DNA from: Alkalilimnicola ehrlichii MLHE-1
GTDB taxonomy: Bacteria > Pseudomonadota > Gammaproteobacteria > Nitrococcales > Halorhodospiraceae
DNA length: 32,000 bases
Reading direction: 5' to 3'
NCBI RefSeq assembly: GCF_000014785.1
Contig: NC_008340.1
Location: forward strand, 2,850,001-2,882,000
Shown: positions 27,976 through 32,000 of the stretch, piece by piece
How positions within the stretch are numbered: the first letter of the stretch is position 1
Layout: the number at the start of each line of letters is the position of its first letter
The notes under the pieces: generated by a model
Seen by the model: only the letters and a program-made list of their open reading frames with translations
Told to the model about the DNA's origin: nothing
Database searches by the model: none
Made by a program: the position numbers and the translations under genes

Positions 27976-28186
27976 TCGAGTGTCGGGCGGCCGGGCGGGG
28001 GATCGTCCGCTGGGGCTCCAAATGCGCACCCCCTTCGGGGGTTCCCTGCGCTACTCGGGAAAAATCGGCGCGCGTGAACTCGCTTCGCTCGAACAGGCAC
28101 GCGCTTTTCCCGATTTTTCCCTGCGTTGCTCGGTGCGCATAAGTCGCCCCAGCGGACGATCCCCCGCCCGGCCGCCCGACACTCGA
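27976..28186 (-). repeat. Nested-palindrome intergenic element, copy 3 (inverted orientation; 40-bp perfect arms at 27976-28015 and 28147-28186)
   Basis: The reverse complement reads TCGAGTGTCGGGCGGCCGGGCGGGGGATCGTCCGCTGGGG | CGACTTATGCGCACCGAGCAACGCAGG | GAAAAATCGG | GAAAAGCGCGTGCCTGTTCGAGCGAAGCGAGTTCACGCGCG | CCGATTTTTC | CCGAGTAGCGCAGGGAACCCCCGAAGGGGGTGCGCATTTGGAG | reverse-complement arm. Confidence 0.9.
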
Positions 28187-28187
28187 C

Positions 28188-29543
28188 TCAACCCGGCAGG
28201 GTCACCAGCTCTTCGGCGGCGGTGGGGTGGATGGCAACGGTATCGTCCAGGTCCTGCTTGGTGGCGCCCATGCGGATGGCCACGGCAAAGCCCTGCAACA
28301 TCTCGTCCGACCCCACGCCGAACAGGTGCGCACCAACCACGCGACGATTGTCGCCCACGGTCACCAGCTTCATGGCGCTGCGCCGCTTGTCCTCGCCCAA
28401 GGCGTAGTCCATGGCGACAAACCGGGTGGTGAACACCTCCACCTCGTCATCACCGTACTCCGCCCGGGCCTCCGGCTCGGTCAGCCCCACCGTGCCGATG
28501 GGCGGATGAGTGAAGACCACAGTGGGCACGTAGCGGTAGTCCAGGTGGCGGTCGGCCTGGCCGCCAAAGAGGCGGTCGGCCAGACGGCGGCCGGCGGCGA
28601 TGGCCACCGGGGTCAGCGGGTGGTGACCGATGATGTCCCCCACCGCGTAGACGCCCTGGACATTGGTCTCCTGGTAGGCGTTGACCGGGATACTGCCGTC
28701 CGCGTTGCGCGCCACGCCGGCGGCCTCCAGCCCCAGGCCGTCGGTGCACAGATCACGGCCAATCGCCCAGATGACCTGGTCGTAACCACCGATATGACGG
28801 CCGTCCTCCAGTGCCAGCGTCAGGGTGCCGTCATCGGCACGCTCCAGCGCCTTGGGCACGGAGTGGGTCTGCAGTGTGATGCCGTCCTGATCCATCGCCT
28901 CCAGCAAGCTGTCCCGGACCAGCGGGTCGAAGCTGCGCAGCGCCGCCTCGCGCCGGACCACCAGGTCGGTCTGAGTGCCCAGGTGGTGCAGCACGCCGGC
29001 CAGCTCCACCGCAATGTAGCCCGCCCCCACCACCGCCACGCGGCGTGGCTGCTGGGCCAGTTCGAAGAAGCCGTCGGAGTCGATACCCAGTTCCTGGCCC
29101 GGGATGTCGGGACGGCTCGGCCGCCCGCCGGTGGCCAGCAGGATGTGGCTGGCGGTGTAGCGCTCGCCGTTCACCTCCACCGTGCGCGCATCGGCCAGGC
29201 GCGCCTCACCGGTCAGCAGCGTGATACCGGACTTGTCGATATTACGCTCATAGATCCCGTTCAGGCGTCGGATGTAGGCGTCACGCCGACGCTTGAGCTC
29301 GGCCCAGTCCAGGGTGGCAGGGCCCACCCGGAAACCGTAATCAGCGGCCCGGTGCAGCGCATCGGCCGTGTGCGCCGCGCTCCACATCACCTTCTTGGGC
29401 ACGCAACCGACATTGACACACGTCCCTCCCAGCCGCGAACGCTCCACCAGCGCCACTTTCGCACCATAGCTGGCGGCCCGACGCGCGGTGGCCATACCAC
29501 CACTGCCACCCCCAATCACCAGCAGGTCGTAATGCGGTTCCAT
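28188..29543 (-). CDS. gor: Glutathione-disulfide reductase
   Basis: The ATG at 29543 has AAGGAG upstream. YDLLVIGGGSGGMATARRAA..GGTCVNVGCVPKKVMW is the redox-active disulfide region. The C-terminal HPTAAEELVTL is typical of glutathione reductase. Confidence 0.9.
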   Translation of the reverse strand: MEPHYDLLVIGGGSGGMATARRAASYGAKVALVERSRLGGTCVNVGCVPKKVMWSAAHTADALHRAADYGFRVGPATLDWAELKRRRDAYIRRLNGIYERNIDKSGITLLTGEARLADARTVEVNGERYTASHILLATGGRPSRPDIPGQELGIDSDGFFELAQQPRRVAVVGAGYIAVELAGVLHHLGTQTDLVVRREAALRSFDPLVRDSLLEAMDQDGITLQTHSVPKALERADDGTLTLALEDGRHIGGYDQVIWAIGRDLCTDGLGLEAAGVARNADGSIPVNAYQETNVQGVYAVGDIIGHHPLTPVAIAAGRRLADRLFGGQADRHLDYRYVPTVVFTHPPIGTVGLTEPEARAEYGDDEVEVFTTRFVAMDYALGEDKRRSAMKLVTVGDNRRVVGAHLFGVGSDEMLQGFAVAIRMGATKQDLDDTVAIHPTAAEELVTLPG

Positions 29544-29624
29544 CGGTCAGCTCCTTGTTCGTTGCCCGGTTTCCGGGTCAGCCCCCGGCGATACAGAATC
29601 GCTCTATGTTACACGAGGCCTGTA

Positions 29625-30449
29625 TCAGGGTAATTCGCTCAGGTACTCATCCAGACCGGCGACATAATCCTCCCGGCTGACGAGGAAGCCGGTGTTGTGG
29701 TCGCCCCGCAGTTCGAGCAGCCCCACCGGGCGGGCGGCCGCCCGATATAGGGCCTCACCGTGGTGGAAGGGGACGATATCATCCTGCCGGCTGTGGACCA
29801 CCAGGGTCGGCGCCTCCACCCGGCTGACCGCCTCGCGGGCATCCAACTGCAGGCGCGCCAGCAGGCGCACGGGGAGGAAGGGGTAAAGCTCGGCCCCCAG
29901 GTCCGGCGCGCTAGTGAAGGCGGACTCCAGGATCAGGCCGCGGACCGGCTGCCGGGCCGCGGTCCGGGCCGCCACGGCCGCACCCAAGGATCGGCCGAAC
30001 AGGATGACCTCCTCCGGAGCCAGGCCCTGCTGCCCCTCCAGCCACGTCAGGGCGGCCTCCGCATCCTTATAGACCCCCGGCTCATCCGGCCGCCCCTCGC
30101 TTCGGCCGTAGCCGCGATAGTCCAGGATCAGCACCGATACCCCCAGTTCGTGGAAGATCTCCAGCGAATCCAGGCGATGGGAGATGTTGCCGGCATTCCC
30201 ATGCAGGAACAGCAGCGTGCCCCGCGGCGAGTCGTGGGGCAGCCACCAGGCGTGCAGGCGCAGTTCGTCGGCCGTGGTCAGCCACACCTCCTGGTAGGGC
30301 AGCCCGCGGGCCTCCGGCGTGGCCACCAGCTCGCGCCCAGGAATATGCGGCAGGAAGACCAGCCGGTTCTGCCCCAGGGCCATGATGAGGCTCATCGCCA
30401 GCCAGGCCAGCAGGACGGTGCCACCAATGATAACGACGGCTCTGAGCAT
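29625..30449 (-). CDS. Alpha/beta hydrolase with an N-terminal membrane anchor
   Basis: The ATG at 30449 has GGAGAT upstream. There is an N-terminal TM segment ([21 protein letters not shown]). Also seen: [19 protein letters not shown] and the nucleophile elbow GRSLGAA. Confidence 0.8.
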   Translation of the reverse strand: MLRAVVIIGGTVLLAWLAMSLIMALGQNRLVFLPHIPGRELVATPEARGLPYQEVWLTTADELRLHAWWLPHDSPRGTLLFLHGNAGNISHRLDSLEIFHELGVSVLILDYRGYGRSEGRPDEPGVYKDAEAALTWLEGQQGLAPEEVILFGRSLGAAVAARTAARQPVRGLILESAFTSAPDLGAELYPFLPVRLLARLQLDAREAVSRVEAPTLVVHSRQDDIVPFHHGEALYRAAARPVGLLELRGDHNTGFLVSREDYVAGLDEYLSELP

Positions 30450-30673
30450 GCTATCTCCGTGATCTGCCCGGCAATCCTGTCATGAATCCAACGTTGATTA
30501 TTCGCGACAGTCTGCCAATATGGCAAAAGTCGGGTTACATGCTTGACCAGTCTGACTCAGGACTGCCGAATCCCTCGAGTGCATCGTGTGTTCAGCAGCC
30601 TCCCAGCCAGTCCGGGCAACGCTTGCAACCCGGCGGGGAACGCTTTACGTCAAGGTTTTCAGAGGTTGCTGTC

Positions 30674-30883
30674 ATGGCAGAACGCGAGACCGGTACGGTC
30701 AAATGGTTTGATAACGCCAAGGGGTTCGGCTTCATCCAGCGCGAGCAGGGTGAGGACGTGTTTGTGCATTTCCGCGCGATCCGCGGTGAGGGCTTCCGCT
30801 CGCTGGACGAGGGCCAGCAGGTGGAGTTCAACGTGGTTCGCGGCCCCAAGGGCCTGCAGGCGGAGGACGTGGCGGCGGTCTGA
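30674..30883 (+). CDS. Cold-shock protein (CspA family)
   Basis: The ATG at 30674 has AGAGG 8 nt upstream. The track start at 30482 adds a non-homologous 64 aa. [36 protein letters not shown].. contains the RNP1/RNP2 motifs. Confidence 0.93.
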   Translation: MAERETGTVKWFDNAKGFGFIQREQGEDVFVHFRAIRGEGFRSLDEGQQVEFNVVRGPKGLQAEDVAAV

Positions 30884-30904
30884 GCCCGCCTCGACTGCAT
30901 GTCC

Positions 30905-30930
30905 GGACGGGGGCCTGACGGCCCCCGTCC
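30905..30930. terminator. GC-rich hairpin between the convergent csp and EVE genes
   Basis: GGACGGGGGCC-tgac-GGCCCCCGTCC, an 11-bp perfect stem followed by a weak GCGTTCTG tract. Confidence 0.5.
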
Positions 30931-30954
30931 GCGTTCTGCCCGGCGTGAGCCGAC

Positions 30955-31431
30955 TCAGCCCGCCGGGTCCTGCTCGGCCAGGGCGATAATATGCGCCCAG
31001 TGATCCGGCTCCACCGGCATGACCGACAGCCGGTTCCCCCGGGCCAGCAGCTTCATCCCCTCCAACTGCGGTTGGCGTTTGAGTTCGTGCAGGGTCACCT
31101 TGCGCGGCAGTATCGCCTTGAATTTCACGTCCACCAGGTACCAGCGCGGCTTCTCCGGGTCGCTCTTGGGGTCGTAGTGCTTGTCATCGGGGTCGAACTG
31201 GGTGGGGTCGGGGTAGCCCTCGCGCACGATCTCGACGATGCCGACAATACCCGGCGGCTTGGTGTTGGAATGGTAGAAGAAGGCCAGGTCGCCGACCTTC
31301 ATCTGGTCGCGCATCATGTTGCGCGCCTGGTAGTTGCGCACGCCGTCCCAGGGTTCGATCTGGTCCGGGCGCTGCTTCAGGTCCTCGATGCCGAACTCGT
31401 CCGGCTCCGACTTCATCAGCCAGTAGTTCAT
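30955..31431 (-). CDS. EVE (PUA-like) domain protein
   Basis: The ATG at 31431 has GGGGAG upstream. MNYWLMKSEPDEFGIEDLKQ..WDGVRNYQARNMMRDQMKVGDLAFFYHSN.. is the canonical EVE-domain N-terminus. The track start at 31521 adds 30 non-homologous residues. Confidence 0.88.
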   Translation of the reverse strand: MNYWLMKSEPDEFGIEDLKQRPDQIEPWDGVRNYQARNMMRDQMKVGDLAFFYHSNTKPPGIVGIVEIVREGYPDPTQFDPDDKHYDPKSDPEKPRWYLVDVKFKAILPRKVTLHELKRQPQLEGMKLLARGNRLSVMPVEPDHWAHIIALAEQDPAG

Positions 31432-31507
31432 GCACTCCCCCGGTTGCAAGCCAATAATCGGCGCCAGTTTTGCACAGCGCGACGGGGTTTGTCTTATCGG
31501 CCCGGGC

Positions 31508-31721
31508 GGCTGTTGGGACATGCCGGGGAGGGGCGGAGATCGGGATGGGGCGACTTATGCGCACCGAGCAACGCAGCAAAAGAGCGGAAAAAAGGCGCGC
31601 CTGTCCGAGCGAAGCGAGTTCGCGCCGCCGCTCTTTTGCGAGTAGCGCAGGGGACCCCGAAGGGGTGCGCATTCGGAGCCCCATCCCGATCTCCGCCCCT
31701 CCCCGGCATGTCCCAACAGCC
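31508..31721 (+). repeat. Nested-palindrome intergenic element, copy 4 (43-bp perfect arms at 31508-31550 and 31679-31721)
   Basis: GGCTGTTGGGACATGCCGGGGAGGGGCGGAGATCGGGATGGGG | CGACTTATGCGCACCGAGCAACGCAGC | AAAAGAGCGG | AAAAAAGGCGCGCCTGTCCGAGCGAAGCGAGTTCGCGCCG | CCGCTCTTTT | GCGAGTAGCGCAGGGGACCCCGAAGGGGTGCGCATTCGGAG | exact reverse-complement arm. Confidence 0.9.
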
Positions 31722-31728
31722 ACCTTGG

Positions 31729-32000
31729 CTAGCGCCTGACCGAGCCGTTTCGCGGGATCCAGATTCCCCGCTCCGTCGCCACCCCGTGCAGCGGGATATC
31801 CCAGGGGGCCAGGGGCAGCTCCGGGACGTGCTGGAAGGACCAGGCCACACCCAGCAGGCGGGGGTGGGTGCGCCAGCGCCAGCGCCCGAGGAAGGCGAAG
31901 CTGGCATCGTAGAAGCCGCCGCCCATGCCGAGCCGGCCGCCCCGGTGGTCGAACGCCACCAGCGGCGTCAGCACCAAGTCGAGATCCCGGGGGCGCAGTA
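31729..32000 (-). CDS. 5-formyltetrahydrofolate cyclo-ligase (C-terminal part; the 5' end lies beyond the right edge)
   Basis: ..LRPRDLDLVLTPLVAFDHRGGRLGMGGGFYDASF.. is the family's C-terminal motif (G-RLG-GGG-YD). The track 'start' at 31977 is an internal TTG, and the frame stays open to the window edge. Confidence 0.8.
   Translation of the reverse strand, partial: LRPRDLDLVLTPLVAFDHRGGRLGMGGGFYDASFAFLGRWRWRTHPRLLGVAWSFQHVPELPLAPWDIPLHGVATERGIWIPRNGSVRR

Noticed and set aside
31508-31721. Considered copy 4 as the 6S RNA gene (ssrS), because it is a ~200-nt rod-like hairpin next to the 5-formyl-THF cyclo-ligase gene.
   Set aside because: It lies downstream of that gene, not upstream. It is one of four near-identical-core copies in the window, and it lacks the large central bubble architecture of 6S.

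Overview
This is a GC-rich gammaproteobacterial chromosomal segment. The gene order and protein sequences suggest a Chromatiales/Ectothiorhodospiraceae-type organism, but that is inference. It is made almost entirely of housekeeping genes.

Gene content, left to right:
- a PAS-PAS-GGDEF cyclase (partial at the left edge)
- an NAD-type formate dehydrogenase pair (a NuoE/NuoF-like fusion plus the Mo-bisMGD alpha subunit)
- ggt and a VOC-family dioxygenase
- tRNA(CAU) followed by the classic macromolecular-synthesis cluster rpsU-yqeY-dnaG-rpoD, with divergent tsaD
- plsY, then folB-folK-midA
- a translationally coupled block: small protein, nfi, membrane protein, RCK K+ channel
- an OmpA-family protein
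- ubiD plus a ferredoxin-fused Fre-like reductase
- a RAYT (REP-associated IS200-like transposase)
- prlC, gor, an alpha/beta hydrolase, a cold-shock protein, an EVE-domain protein
- the 3' part of 5-formyl-THF cyclo-ligase

I saw no defence island, CRISPR array, prophage or classical IS element.

The non-ordinary content is in the intergenic DNA:
1. Four copies of a ~200-bp nested-palindrome element lie at 15554-15755, 17928-18123, 27976-18186-equivalent span 27976-28186 (inverted) and 31508-31721. Their loop and junction sequences are nearly invariant. Every stem, including 33-43-bp outer arms, differs between copies yet is complementary within each copy (the three longest arms perfectly).
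2. A REPtron-like locus lies at 24771-25606. Its RAYT keeps the HUH motif but seems to lack the catalytic tyrosine. It is flanked by GTAG-hairpins, a 45-bp tandem array and another long-armed palindrome.

The ORF track contains many long antisense shadow ORFs, as expected for GC-rich DNA. It also uses non-ATG starts (TTG at 15493, 22036, 23181 and 31977; GTG at 27856). I re-set several starts on the basis of RBS, overlap or homology.
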